Positions 20,584 to 30,443 of a stretch of DNA of 64,000 bases are shown in pieces. Position 1 is the first letter of the stretch; every line of letters begins with the position of its first letter. A program made the position numbers and the translations under genes. Origin of the DNA: a virus; IMG/VR virus record IMGVR_UViG_3300032286_000719, positions 32,001 through 96,000 of that record. One strand, 5' to 3'. The notes under the pieces were generated by a model. The model was not told the origin of the DNA, made no database searches, and saw only the letters and a program-made list of their open reading frames with translations.

Positions 20584-21187
20584 CTTTACTTACATAATTA
20601 TAGCTGTACTTGTTGTAATAATCTTTTTACAAAGGTCTTGTTCTTCTGTATCAACTACTGAGGAACCAACTGTTATTACAAAGTATGACACTATATGGAA
20701 AGAAACACACGACACTATTACGAAGGAAGTGGAGGTTGTTAAAATACAATATGTTAAACCAGAGGGTCCTGAATACACTCCAGGAGAACATATAGACACA
20801 TGTAGAGCAAGATTCAATTACTTATTGAAACAACACACTGCAAGAAGAACATATAAAGACACAATTAAACTAGACAGTCTTGGAACTATAACAGTGATTG
20901 ACACTGTTTGGTTAAACAAGCTTGGTAAAAGAACCTACATTAAAGACTATAAGATACCTCTTGTTACCAAGACAGTTACAATTATTAAAGCACAACAACC
21001 AAAAAGACAGCTTTACATAGGAGGTAACTTGTTTGGTGACAGGAGAACCCTACAATCATTTACTCCTGGTCTTATATATAAAGATAGAAAGGACAGAGTG
21101 TATCAAGCTAATGTTGGTGTAAACTTTGATGGTACATTAATCTTTGGTGTTGGTACATATTGGAAAATCAACTTGAACAAAAAATAA
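20567..21187 (+). CDS. Membrane-anchored spanin-like lysis protein
   Basis: N-terminal TM helix ending LQRSC; DT[IV] repeats; C-terminal beta strands; lies between holin and endolysin. Confidence 0.5.
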   Translation: MKSKINFTYIIIAVLVVIIFLQRSCSSVSTTEEPTVITKYDTIWKETHDTITKEVEVVKIQYVKPEGPEYTPGEHIDTCRARFNYLLKQHTARRTYKDTIKLDSLGTITVIDTVWLNKLGKRTYIKDYKIPLVTKTVTIIKAQQPKRQLYIGGNLFGDRRTLQSFTPGLIYKDRKDRVYQANVGVNFDGTLIFGVGTYWKINLNKK

Positions 21188-21193
21188 TAACCA

Positions 21194-21610
21194 ATGGTAA
21201 CAAGTGCACAAGCTTTAAAAAAATATGGAGATCCAAACTTACAAAAAAGTTTAGTTCTTTTTGATGTACCAACTGAACTTGAAATAGGTTTAATACCTAA
21301 AAGAATATATTGCAACAAAGATCTTGTTGCACCTCTTACACAAGCATTTAAAAACTTAATTGCAACTGGTCATGTAAAAGAAATTAAAACATGGGATGGT
21401 TGTTTTAACATTAGAAAGAAAAGAGGATTAACTAGTATGTCATTACATTCTTGGGGAATTGCTGTTGATATAAATGCATTTGAAAATGGTCTTGGTAAAA
21501 CTCCTAAGTTGTCATCAGGATTTGTAAAATGTTTTACAGATGCAGGTTTTGATTGGGGAGGAACATGGACACGTAAAGATGGAATGCACTTCCAATTAAG
21601 TAAAATATAA
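21194..21610 (+). CDS. Endolysin, M15-family peptidase
   Basis: FNIR...SLHSWGIAVDIN...WGGTW...DGMHFQL LAS-peptidase zinc motifs. Confidence 0.88.
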   Translation: MVTSAQALKKYGDPNLQKSLVLFDVPTELEIGLIPKRIYCNKDLVAPLTQAFKNLIATGHVKEIKTWDGCFNIRKKRGLTSMSLHSWGIAVDINAFENGLGKTPKLSSGFVKCFTDAGFDWGGTWTRKDGMHFQLSKI

Positions 21611-21747
21611 TGGCAAAGATAACCAACACAGTAGTGAAGTTAGAAAGACCAAAGGTTAATAGACCTAATGTACATGCTAAATCACAAACATCAAACTTAA
21701 AAAGCTCTAAGAATTACAAGAAACTTTATAAAGGACAAGGTAGATGA
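21610..21747 (+). CDS. Small basic protein ending YKGQGR (not in ORF track)
   Basis: 45-aa ORF MAKITN...KKLYKGQGR, coupled to both neighbours; the Y(R/K)GQG(R/K) ending is common in small phage proteins. Confidence 0.65.
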   Translation: MAKITNTVVKLERPKVNRPNVHAKSQTSNLKSSKNYKKLYKGQGR

Positions 21748-21896
21748 TGGAATGGGAATTAGAAATAGGGTTTCATTGGCCACATGATAGACTAGCTTTA
21801 GGTTGGGAGATTATATATGCTGATGACAAATATAATTTTGATACATATATTCTATATGTTGGAATTATGACAATAACACTAGACGTATGGAAGTAA
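21744..21896 (+). CDS. Small hypothetical protein (not in ORF track)
   Basis: 50-aa ORF MMEWELEIGFHWPHDRLALGWE..., fills the gap and overlaps both neighbours. Confidence 0.6.
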   Translation: MMEWELEIGFHWPHDRLALGWEIIYADDKYNFDTYILYVGIMTITLDVWK

Positions 21897-22189
21897 TATA
21901 TCAAGGAGATGTAGCAACAGATGGTAGTACAAAAATACTTTGTACAACGTCATCATTGAATGTAACTAACATTGTTATAAACAATCTTAGTTCAAACTAT
22001 GTTTTCAACTTAAATAGAATTAAGAATGACTCTCCTTTAGTTACAGTTCCTATATATGAATTAAGTTTAGATGCAGGAGATTCAATAAGAGATACAAATC
22101 CTTACATCTTATATAACTCTGATTATATACAATTCATTTCAGATGTAGTAGGAACAACATATTATGTTAAAGCAACACTAGAAATATAA
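21887..22189 (+). CDS. Hypothetical beta-rich structural protein
   Basis: 100-aa ORF coupled to the fibre gene. Confidence 0.5.
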   Translation: MEVIYQGDVATDGSTKILCTTSSLNVTNIVINNLSSNYVFNLNRIKNDSPLVTVPIYELSLDAGDSIRDTNPYILYNSDYIQFISDVVGTTYYVKATLEI

Positions 22190-23604
22190 TGTATGAGTTT
22201 ATAGATAAGAATGGAAAAATCTCAGCTAACTCTGCTAATGTTATTGTAATAGATAAGAATGGATTAGTAAAGCAAGTTGGCACAGGGGGAGGAGGAGGCT
22301 CTCCAACAGGCCCTGCAGGAGGTGACTTATCTGGAACCTATCCCAATCCATCAGTTGTATGGAATAATGGAACAAGTACATATAATTTATTATACTATCC
22401 TCTTTCATCTAATCCAGCTAATTATCTTACATCAACTTCAGCAGGCTTACTTTATTATCCTTTATCAAGTAATCCTGCAGGATATGTAACTCCTACTTTT
22501 CCAGGAGCAGGAACAAATAGATATATTACTAGATGGAGTGGTACAGGAACTATTGAAAATAGTAATCTGTATGATTCAGGAGGAGGTATATATAATGTTA
22601 ATCCTGTATCAGGTAATTATTCTTTTCAAATAAATGGATTTTCTGGTTTAGGAACATCTTATGGATTACAAATAATTGCAGGTTCAAATAATAGCGATAC
22701 TTCTTTTAATGTAAGAAATTATAATGGAACTGTTCAATTATTTAAAATAAAAGGAGATGGAGAATTACAAATAGGTGTAACTCCAACAACAGGAACAACA
22801 TCTGATTATATTTTATTAAGAGATAGTTCAGGTAATGTAAAACAAATAGCCTATCCTACTATTCCTAGTGGAGGTGTTATATCAGTTACAGGAACTTCTC
22901 CAATAGTTTCAAGTGGAGGAGCTACTCCTGCAATTAGTATTCCTTTAGGAACATCATCAGTTGATGGCTATTTATCTGCTACTGATAGAACAAATTTTCA
23001 AACTGCTTATTCTAATAGAATAACATCTTTAACTACAACAGGTTCTGGTGCTGCAACATTAATATCTAATGTGTTAAATATACCTACTCCAGTTATACCA
23101 ACAGTTGGTACTTGGGGAACATTAAACTATCCAACATGGACTACAGGCACACCATTTGTTAAAATGACTGCTGTAGGCACATTTACTTTAGATACAACTA
23201 CATATTTATCATCTATTACATCTTCAGATGTAACAACAGCATTAGGATATACACCAGTTACAAACGCAAGAACAATATCCACAACATCTCCTTTGAGTGG
23301 TGGTGGTGATTTAACTGCAGATAGAACATTTAGTATTACACAAGCTACAACATCAACTGATGGATATTTAAGTGCTACAGATTGGACTACATTTAATAGT
23401 AAACAAAATGGTTCATCAAGAAGAAATGCAAACAATTCTACAAATAATAATATAAATTATTGTGGATATGCACCAGTTGGTTCTGCAGAATCTGCAACAG
23501 TGTGGACAATAACAAGAATAACAGTAGCTGCAAGTGGCTCAATAACAACAGGTTTAGCTACAAACGTAGCTTGGACAAGTAGAGAATCTATACCATATAC
23601 ATAA
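22189..23604 (+). CDS. Tail/head fibre-like protein
   Basis: GPAGGDLSGTYPNP motif; duplicated YYPLSSNPA(N/G)Y and DGYLSATDxTxF; VTTALGYTP and LSGGGDL fibre motifs; Gly/Ser/Thr-rich. Confidence 0.7.
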   Translation: MYEFIDKNGKISANSANVIVIDKNGLVKQVGTGGGGGSPTGPAGGDLSGTYPNPSVVWNNGTSTYNLLYYPLSSNPANYLTSTSAGLLYYPLSSNPAGYVTPTFPGAGTNRYITRWSGTGTIENSNLYDSGGGIYNVNPVSGNYSFQINGFSGLGTSYGLQIIAGSNNSDTSFNVRNYNGTVQLFKIKGDGELQIGVTPTTGTTSDYILLRDSSGNVKQIAYPTIPSGGVISVTGTSPIVSSGGATPAISIPLGTSSVDGYLSATDRTNFQTAYSNRITSLTTTGSGAATLISNVLNIPTPVIPTVGTWGTLNYPTWTTGTPFVKMTAVGTFTLDTTTYLSSITSSDVTTALGYTPVTNARTISTTSPLSGGGDLTADRTFSITQATTSTDGYLSATDWTTFNSKQNGSSRRNANNSTNNNINYCGYAPVGSAESATVWTITRITVAASGSITTGLATNVAWTSRESIPYT

Positions 23605-23615
23605 AAAATAAAATT

Positions 23616-23906
23616 ATGCCAATTACAAGTAATAATCCAATAGAAGTAGATGGAAATGTTTATCCATACTACATGATTAATTTAGCAATATCGCCATTAG
23701 TTAAACCAACTGATATAGGTGGTAGTGTAGCTATGCGTTTAACACCTTACAGAGTTTTAGAAGATGGAAGTTCAGTAAGTTTGCCTGACAATTCAATTCC
23801 TATTACATATATGGATGTTTTTGATAGTGGAGACACAGATGCTATAAATGCAGCAGCTACAATTATGGGTGCATTGCAAACATTTATTAATGATAAAAAT
23901 CTTTAA
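23616..23906 (+). CDS. Hypothetical protein, possible fibre chaperone
   Basis: 96-aa ORF between two fibre-like genes. Confidence 0.45.
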   Translation: MPITSNNPIEVDGNVYPYYMINLAISPLVKPTDIGGSVAMRLTPYRVLEDGSSVSLPDNSIPITYMDVFDSGDTDAINAAATIMGALQTFINDKNL

Positions 23907-23908
23907 TT

Positions 23909-25183
23909 ATGGCAGTAAGATATGCAGTAGCAAGTGGTAACTGGAGTAATACTGCTACTTGGAATGGTGGTACATTACCAACAAGTGCAGATGATGTATA
24001 TGCTAATGGTTTTACTGTTACTATAAATGGTACTTTTACTGTATTATCTATAAGAAGTACATCAAATGCGTCACCTGTTGTTTTGGTAGGAGGTCAATTT
24101 ATTTATGCTAATGGGGGAGATTTAACTTGCACTGCTGCTCAAGCTATTGTTATTGGTTCACTCACTTCAGTATTAGAGATGAATTTAGCAAGTCCTAATA
24201 CTGCCACTTTTAGAGGTAGTATTTTAACGTCTAATGTTGTTACAGGTTCTACTACTATTTTATTATCATCAACTGGAACTTTTAATTTAATAGGAAATTA
24301 TAGTGCAGATGGTTCCACAAGCAATTCAACTGGAGGTAAAACTATTATAGGTTCAACAGGAAATGGAACATTAAATATAGTTGGTGATTTAAATAATGCA
24401 AGTAATATTGGAGGAAGTCAAAGTAGTAACACATTAGTATTAACAGGAGGAATATTAAATTTAACAGGCAATGTAAGTAATGCTTCTATTTCATCAGGTT
24501 CAGGAAATGCATTTACAATAAATTCAGCATCTGCTACTGCAAATATAACTGGAAATATTACAAATTCATCTCCTAAAATATCTATATCAATTAATGGAGG
24601 TAACCTTAATGTTGTTGGAAATACAACAGGAGGTAGTACTCAACCAGCAATTTTTAATCAAACAACTGCTGCAACAATTTCTGTTACTGGTATAATTACT
24701 GCAAGTACTGGAGCACCAGCTATTTATTCATCTTTTGCTCTTACATCAGCATATAGTTCAGGAACATTTGTAAAAGTCTCTGGAAACGTAGTTAATTCAA
24801 CTAATAATATGGCTATTGTAGCACCAAGAGTAACAATAGACACTGCTACATCAAGTTGGTTATTTCAAATAAGCACAGGTGGTAATAGAACATTATACGC
24901 AGCAGGTGTTGCTTTAGGAAATCCTGCAACTAATAATGTAAGAAGTGGAACAGTTTATGGAGCATCAAGTGAATTAACAGGAACATTGATTGTACCATCT
25001 CCATCTAATGTATTACAGGGAGTTGGAACAGATGCTACAGTGGGAACATTATTAATGACACCAGCTGACTTTTGGAATTATTTAATATCAAGTGGTTTCA
25101 CAGCAAATAGTATTGGAGATAGATTACAAAATGCAGCAACTGTAGCTACAACTGGTGGACAAATAGCATCATATAATATATAA
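23909..25183 (+). CDS. Beta-helix-like fibre/spike protein
   Basis: SGNWSNTATWNGG..P...DDV N-terminus (G8-like); repeated LNxxGN units; NVRSGTVYG...TGTL C-terminal motif. Confidence 0.6.
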   Translation: MAVRYAVASGNWSNTATWNGGTLPTSADDVYANGFTVTINGTFTVLSIRSTSNASPVVLVGGQFIYANGGDLTCTAAQAIVIGSLTSVLEMNLASPNTATFRGSILTSNVVTGSTTILLSSTGTFNLIGNYSADGSTSNSTGGKTIIGSTGNGTLNIVGDLNNASNIGGSQSSNTLVLTGGILNLTGNVSNASISSGSGNAFTINSASATANITGNITNSSPKISISINGGNLNVVGNTTGGSTQPAIFNQTTAATISVTGIITASTGAPAIYSSFALTSAYSSGTFVKVSGNVVNSTNNMAIVAPRVTIDTATSSWLFQISTGGNRTLYAAGVALGNPATNNVRSGTVYGASSELTGTLIVPSPSNVLQGVGTDATVGTLLMTPADFWNYLISSGFTANSIGDRLQNAATVATTGGQIASYNI

Positions 25184-25229
25184 ATAAAAATAAATAAAAT
25201 ATATTTGTATTTGATATAGAAATTATCAC

Positions 25230-25237
25230 TACATTTA
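25230..25237 (+). promoter_or_regulatory. Putative promoter element TACATTTA with upstream TTTG
   Basis: TAnnTTTA variant in an intergenic gap ahead of the SRxIGW paralogue cluster. Confidence 0.35.
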
Positions 25238-25270
25238 TAGCGTCATTTAATAATCTTTAAAATAAAAATC

Positions 25271-26296
25271 ATGGCAATACCATCAAGAGGAATAGGCTGG
25301 AGTACAGAAGATAACCTGTTATGGCAAATCTCTAAGCAATTAGAAAGACTAACGCAAGTTACAGGTAATAGTGTAAGTGGATCTCAAACACTTGCACAAA
25401 CACTTGTTATTGGAAACAATACAGGTGGAACTGATATACTATTAAATAATGATGATGCAATACAGTTAGAGAATAATTCTTCAATTAAAAAAGGAACTTA
25501 TGACTTTGGTCAAAATGGTGGTGTTTCTCGTATATGTGGAGTCGATTATGAGGATATGTGGCAAGGTGGAATTAGACACGTTTTTGATAACAATGGATAT
25601 ATTAGAAATTCAACAAATGGTTTTAATACAGTTCCTAATACCAGTTTTGATGATACTTTAAGATTTAAAGTAGGTTCATTTTGGACTTTAGATGATGGTA
25701 CTACTTACAAATGTATTGACAATAGTACAGGAGCAGCTGTTTGGGAATTATATTCTTCACCACCTAAATATAAAGTGTATACAGCTTTATTAACACAGAG
25801 TGGTTCTAGTAATCCTCAAGATATTAACTCAGGAAATTTAACTGTAGGTGTAACATATTTCATCAATAATAATGTGTTAGGAGATTTTACAAATGTAGGA
25901 GCACCTAATAATGATAATGGTACATATTTTGTGGCAACAGGTACAACTCCAGCTGACTGGGGTATAAATATTAGTGGTGATACACTTACTTTTGATACAG
26001 CAACTCCAATAGTAAGAATATTAGAAAACACTATTGGTGATGTTTGGTTTGTATATTTAGACCTTGGGAATTACGCTTGTTATTGCTCAACGCCTTTATT
26101 TACTGTTAATAAAACAACATTAAATAGTGAGATATTTTATAGTAACACTAACGACCAAATGTGCTCTTTAATTAGTAGCACAGGTGATTTTGACAGCCAA
26201 TCTGTAGTTTTTTCATCTGTAAGAAGTTCAGGGTCAATACAATTTGAAAATAACGCATTGCAAGATACATTTTTTGAAATAAGAGTGTACAACTAA
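25271..26296 (+). CDS. Putative virion decoration protein, paralogue 1
   Basis: Shared N-terminus MAIPSRGIGWSTEDNLLWQISKQLERLT; YKVYTALLTQSG...ILENTIG...FEIRVYN C-terminal domain. Confidence 0.6.
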   Translation: MAIPSRGIGWSTEDNLLWQISKQLERLTQVTGNSVSGSQTLAQTLVIGNNTGGTDILLNNDDAIQLENNSSIKKGTYDFGQNGGVSRICGVDYEDMWQGGIRHVFDNNGYIRNSTNGFNTVPNTSFDDTLRFKVGSFWTLDDGTTYKCIDNSTGAAVWELYSSPPKYKVYTALLTQSGSSNPQDINSGNLTVGVTYFINNNVLGDFTNVGAPNNDNGTYFVATGTTPADWGINISGDTLTFDTATPIVRILENTIGDVWFVYLDLGNYACYCSTPLFTVNKTTLNSEIFYSNTNDQMCSLISSTGDFDSQSVVFSSVRSSGSIQFENNALQDTFFEIRVYN

Positions 26297-26314
26297 TAAT
26301 ATATAAAGAAAGAA

Positions 26315-27301
26315 ATGGCTATACCTAGTAGACAAATTGGTTGGAGCACACAATCTAACTTACTATGGCAGATATCTAAACAATTAGAACGTCTGACATG
26401 TGTAACTGCTGGTGGATGTGGCACAACTACTACTACAACTACTACTACTACAGGATGTTTAAATTGTGTAGAAGAACCTGTTGTTATTGGCACACAAACT
26501 TGGGACAAATGTAATTTAAATGTAACTACTTATGCTAATGGAGATCCTATCCCAGAGGTAACAGATCCTGCTGTATGGACTAGTTTAACTACTGGAGCTT
26601 GGTGCTATTATGACAATGACCCTCTAAATGAACCTATATATGGAAAACTCTACAACTGGTATGCATTAACAGATCCAAGAGGATTAGCTCCTGTAGGTAA
26701 AAGTATTCCAACAGATGAAGACTGGACCACTTTAACCACTTTCTTAGGAGGAGAATCAATTGCTGGAGGATCAATGAAAGAGACAGGACTATGTCATTGG
26801 GCAGATCCAAACACAGATGCTACAAACAGTAGTGGTTTTACAGCTCTTGGAGGAGGTTATAGAGACATTGATAGCACATTCTTAGAGTTTAATACCTATG
26901 GTGTATGGTGGGCTTCGACAGAGATAAATTCAGGTGCTTATCTTCGAATTTTATTTTACAGCGATGGTAGTGTAAACAGATCAGGTAGTGATAAAAGGCA
27001 TGGTTTCTCAGTTAGATGCTTAGTAGATAATACAACTACTACTACTACAACATTAAATCCTTTAATTAATACAAATTATACATTTATTAATTGTATAGCA
27101 CCTTGTGGTGGTGGATGTAGAAGACCTCTTTCTTATTATGATGTTTGGATGATACAATCATGTATAGACTCTTGGCCATTGATAGGATGTGCAGTTTGGT
27201 TAGATGAAGCAGGAACAACACCATTTCCTTCAGGTAATTATAATAATAATGACATTAATTGTATTGAAATAACAGATGGTGTGGTAACCAATATTGTTTA
27301 A
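26315..27301 (+). CDS. Decoration paralogue 2 with Thr tracts, FISUMP (Fib_succ_major) domain and Cys-rich domain
   Basis: Same N-terminus; T10 tract; IGTQTW..NL...YGKLYNWYA...PT..DW...SGF.AL.GGYR...WW.ST...GFSVRCL; T7 tract. Confidence 0.75.
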   Translation: MAIPSRQIGWSTQSNLLWQISKQLERLTCVTAGGCGTTTTTTTTTTGCLNCVEEPVVIGTQTWDKCNLNVTTYANGDPIPEVTDPAVWTSLTTGAWCYYDNDPLNEPIYGKLYNWYALTDPRGLAPVGKSIPTDEDWTTLTTFLGGESIAGGSMKETGLCHWADPNTDATNSSGFTALGGGYRDIDSTFLEFNTYGVWWASTEINSGAYLRILFYSDGSVNRSGSDKRHGFSVRCLVDNTTTTTTTLNPLINTNYTFINCIAPCGGGCRRPLSYYDVWMIQSCIDSWPLIGCAVWLDEAGTTPFPSGNYNNNDINCIEITDGVVTNIV

Positions 27302-27314
27302 AATAAAAATAAAA

Positions 27315-28190
27315 ATGAGTATAGCACCAAGACAAATAGGACAGAGTACAAGAAGTAATCTTCTTTGGCAAATATCTAAACAACTTGAAAGATTGATATG
27401 TGTTAGAGCTGGTGGATGTAATACTACAACTACATCAACAACAACCATAACACCTACCACCACCACTACTACCACTCCTGCTCCAACATCAGAATGGTAT
27501 GAAGTAACTGAGTGTTATACTACAAATGTTATTTATAGTGTTGAGTATCCTGTAGGAACATTTCAATTAAATGATGGTGTTACTTATTATCTTGGTGGTG
27601 ATTGGACAATAACAAATATATTTTATACAGATCCAGGAGGTGCACAATTTGGTTTAAGTAACATATTTCAGATAGGATGTCCAACTACAACCACAACAAC
27701 AACAACAATTACACCATGTATTGAAGTGTCATTTTTAGCTATTACTGATTGTCCTGATTTAGGATATGCTACAGTGGAATACACAGATTGTAATGGAATA
27801 TATCAAACAGGTAATGTTGTTGCTGGAAGTGGAAATTCTTTAAAAGTTTGTACATTAACTGCAGGTATAACTCCTGCATTTACATGTGGAGATGGAGAGA
27901 TTACCTATGGATCAGCTTGTACTACTACAACTACTACTACAGCTGCACCTGTAGTTAATAGCACAAATAAATTTGTTAATTGTGCAGGACCATGTTTTGA
28001 ATCTGAATGTGTACCACTTAATTATTTTAATGTATGGATGACACAAGCATGTATAAATTCATGGCCAACTATTGGTTGTGAAGTATGGTTGGATTCTGAA
28101 GGAACAATACCATTTCCTAGTGGAGCTTATAATAATGGTGAGGGTGGTTGTGTATATATAGAAAATGGCACAATAACTGATATTCCTTAA
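27315..28190 (+). CDS. Decoration paralogue 3, Cys-rich domains joined by three Thr tracts
   Basis: Start MSIAPRQIGQST aligns with the paralogues; C-terminal domain homologous to that of 26315-27301. Confidence 0.7.
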   Translation: MSIAPRQIGQSTRSNLLWQISKQLERLICVRAGGCNTTTTSTTTITPTTTTTTTPAPTSEWYEVTECYTTNVIYSVEYPVGTFQLNDGVTYYLGGDWTITNIFYTDPGGAQFGLSNIFQIGCPTTTTTTTTITPCIEVSFLAITDCPDLGYATVEYTDCNGIYQTGNVVAGSGNSLKVCTLTAGITPAFTCGDGEITYGSACTTTTTTTAAPVVNSTNKFVNCAGPCFESECVPLNYFNVWMTQACINSWPTIGCEVWLDSEGTIPFPSGAYNNGEGGCVYIENGTITDIP

Positions 28191-28223
28191 TATAAAAAAA
28201 TAAAAATTAAAACCAACTACATT

Positions 28224-29240
28224 ATGAAAGAATTAAAATTTATCCAAGCTTGTCCTAGTGACATTTATTACACATGGCAAGTGAATCTATGGATGGAGAG
28301 TCTTAAAGAAATAGGACACTCTGACAAAGCAATCAATCTAATCTTTACACCTAAAGGAAGAGAGAATAGAGATAAGTGGAAACAGATAGAAGATCTATAT
28401 CCAGAAGCAGAGTTTCATTATTACGAAGATGAGGATAATCTGAATCGATTGATTGGAATATATATTCCTGTATTAAGACCATACGTTCTTTGGAAACATT
28501 TTAAGAAACATCCAGAACTAAGTGATTGTGCTATATTCTATTGTGATTCAGATATTCTTTTTATGAAAGATTTTAATGTGGATCAGTTTTTGGAAGATGA
28601 TGTTAACTACTTATCAGATACAAACAGTTATATTAACGCTAAGTATTTTGATAGCAAGGTGCATCAAGTGTTACCAGAGAAACTGGAAGAATATAAAGGA
28701 AGAGATGTTCTTGCTGAGATAGCAAGTGTTGTTGGAATAAGCAGAGAAATAGCTGAAGCTAATAATGATCATTCAGGAGGAGCTCAATATCTATTAAAGA
28801 ATGTAGATGCTGACTTCTGGAGTAAGGTGATGAATGATTGTATTCTTATAAGAACCTATTTACAACAAGTGAATAGAGAATTCTTTAAAGATGAGAACAG
28901 TGGATTCCAAAGTTGGTGTGCAGACATGTGGGCTGTTCTTTGGAACATATGGGTTAGAGAAAAAGAAACAAGAGTGGTGCCTGAACTAGCATTTGCTTGG
29001 GCAACAGATCCTATCACAAAACTTGATACCCACACCATCTTTCATAATGCAGGCATAGTGTCTGAGACAGGAAATGGTTATCCAGCTTTCTATAAAGGTA
29101 AATATCACATGGGAACAGATCCAACAAAAGATCCTAACCTAGATATGATTCTTGAGAACGAACAATCAAAAAAATATTGCACGTGGTTTTATGCCACTAA
29201 ACTAAACGAAATCAAAAACAAATATAACCTAGACTATTAA
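28224..29240 (+). CDS. GT-A glycosyltransferase resembling peptide O-glycosyltransferases (HPAT GT95 / SERGT1 GT96-like)
   Basis: YYTWQV..., YIPVLRPY, DxD motif YCDSDILF, GAQY, WCADMWA and IFHNAG, in the same order as the plant HPAT/SERGT motifs. Confidence 0.7.
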   Translation: MKELKFIQACPSDIYYTWQVNLWMESLKEIGHSDKAINLIFTPKGRENRDKWKQIEDLYPEAEFHYYEDEDNLNRLIGIYIPVLRPYVLWKHFKKHPELSDCAIFYCDSDILFMKDFNVDQFLEDDVNYLSDTNSYINAKYFDSKVHQVLPEKLEEYKGRDVLAEIASVVGISREIAEANNDHSGGAQYLLKNVDADFWSKVMNDCILIRTYLQQVNREFFKDENSGFQSWCADMWAVLWNIWVREKETRVVPELAFAWATDPITKLDTHTIFHNAGIVSETGNGYPAFYKGKYHMGTDPTKDPNLDMILENEQSKKYCTWFYATKLNEIKNKYNLDY

Positions 29241-29256
29241 CCCTAAATTTTAAACA

Positions 29257-29490
29257 ATGGGAAGCATTAATTCAAGACCTTTAAAGGCTTTTGTTAGATT
29301 CGATGGATCTGGCAGAATAGTTGCAGGAAGCTTAATCCTTAGAAAAAATAAGCCCAAGGTGGGTAAGTGGAAAGAAATACAAGCATATGAGTGCTGTTTT
29401 CTTACTACCACTACAACCACTACAGTAGCTCCTACTACTACTAGCACAACAACTGCAAGAGCTACAACAACAACTACAACAACAAGATAA
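29257..29490 (+). CDS. Small mucin-like protein A
   Basis: LKAFVRFDGSGRI...ECC head followed by a Thr-rich tail. Confidence 0.7.
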   Translation: MGSINSRPLKAFVRFDGSGRIVAGSLILRKNKPKVGKWKEIQAYECCFLTTTTTTTVAPTTTSTTTARATTTTTTTR

Positions 29491-29492
29491 TC

Positions 29493-29735
29493 ATGGCTAG
29501 AAATAACAATAACAAGCTTAAAGCTTTTGTACGTTTTGATGGATCAGGACGTATTATACCAAGTAGTTTAATTGTACAAGCATTTAAACCTGCTGTAGGT
29601 AACTATGTAGAGATAGATGCTAAAGAGTGTTGCAACTATACAACCACTACAACATCAACAACTGCTGCCCCTACTACAACTACTACAACTACTGTAGCAC
29701 CAACCACCACTAGTACGACAACACCAGCTCCTTAA
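29493..29735 (+). CDS. Small mucin-like protein B, paralogue of A
   Basis: LKAFVRFDGSGRI...ECC head followed by a Thr/Pro tail. Confidence 0.7.
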   Translation: MARNNNNKLKAFVRFDGSGRIIPSSLIVQAFKPAVGNYVEIDAKECCNYTTTTTSTTAAPTTTTTTTVAPTTTSTTTPAP

Positions 29736-29737
29736 TT

Positions 29738-30154
29738 ATGGCAATGAAATCTATATTTCCAGATGACATGATGAAATCATCAGCATCTGAAGGCTTAACG
29801 TTAGAAAGCATAGCTGCAAAGCTTACTTACTTCCATGAGCAATTACATTTGACTCATTGGCAAACAACTAGTTATGCAGAGCATCAAGCCACAGGAGCAT
29901 TGTATGATTATGTACATGATTTCAAAGATGGATTGGTTGAAAAGATTATGGGATATACAGGTAAAAGACCTGCTCCATATAAAATAGAACCTCTTACAAA
30001 CTGTACAGCTGGTGAGTGCGTTAATAATCTTTTATCTTTTGCATCAGCTTTAAAGATGTATGGTGAGAAGAATGGTTATCATGATGTATGTAATCTAGCA
30101 GATTCATTATCAGGAGAAGCAGCTAAAACTAAATACCTGTTAACATTGTCATAA
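29738..30154 (+). CDS. Ferritin/Dps-like four-helix protein (DUF5856-like)
   Basis: HLTHWQT.SYAEHQA...YD...D.LVE...G and C-terminal KYLLTL. Confidence 0.7.
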   Translation: MAMKSIFPDDMMKSSASEGLTLESIAAKLTYFHEQLHLTHWQTTSYAEHQATGALYDYVHDFKDGLVEKIMGYTGKRPAPYKIEPLTNCTAGECVNNLLSFASALKMYGEKNGYHDVCNLADSLSGEAAKTKYLLTLS

Positions 30155-30441
30155 TGGATATAAACAGAAAACATTTTCCTAAGGTGATGCAAGATAACGA
30201 TGAAGTCTTTCTTGCACACTTAGAAGGTGTTATCTCTTCTGTTGATGAACTATGTAGTCTTGAGATCACAAAGAATCCTGATAACTATAGATTCAGAATA
30301 GCAGCAAGTCATCCAATGTACAACAATATGCTTATAGAAGAAATTCTTAAGTTCTGTAACATGTTCAAGATAAGAGTGGACATGAGCAAATCAATTAAAA
30401 CAACAAGCGTTATTACGTTTGAAATAAACTTAAAAGAATAA
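30154..30441 (+). CDS. Hypothetical protein
   Basis: 95-aa ORF, translationally coupled. Confidence 0.55.
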   Translation: MDINRKHFPKVMQDNDEVFLAHLEGVISSVDELCSLEITKNPDNYRFRIAASHPMYNNMLIEEILKFCNMFKIRVDMSKSIKTTSVITFEINLKE

Positions 30442-30443
30442 TT

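Noticed and set aside
26420-29735. ACN-rich tracts as a CRISPR array or microsatellite
   Set aside because: They are in-frame Thr codons with varied third positions and have no repeat-spacer structure
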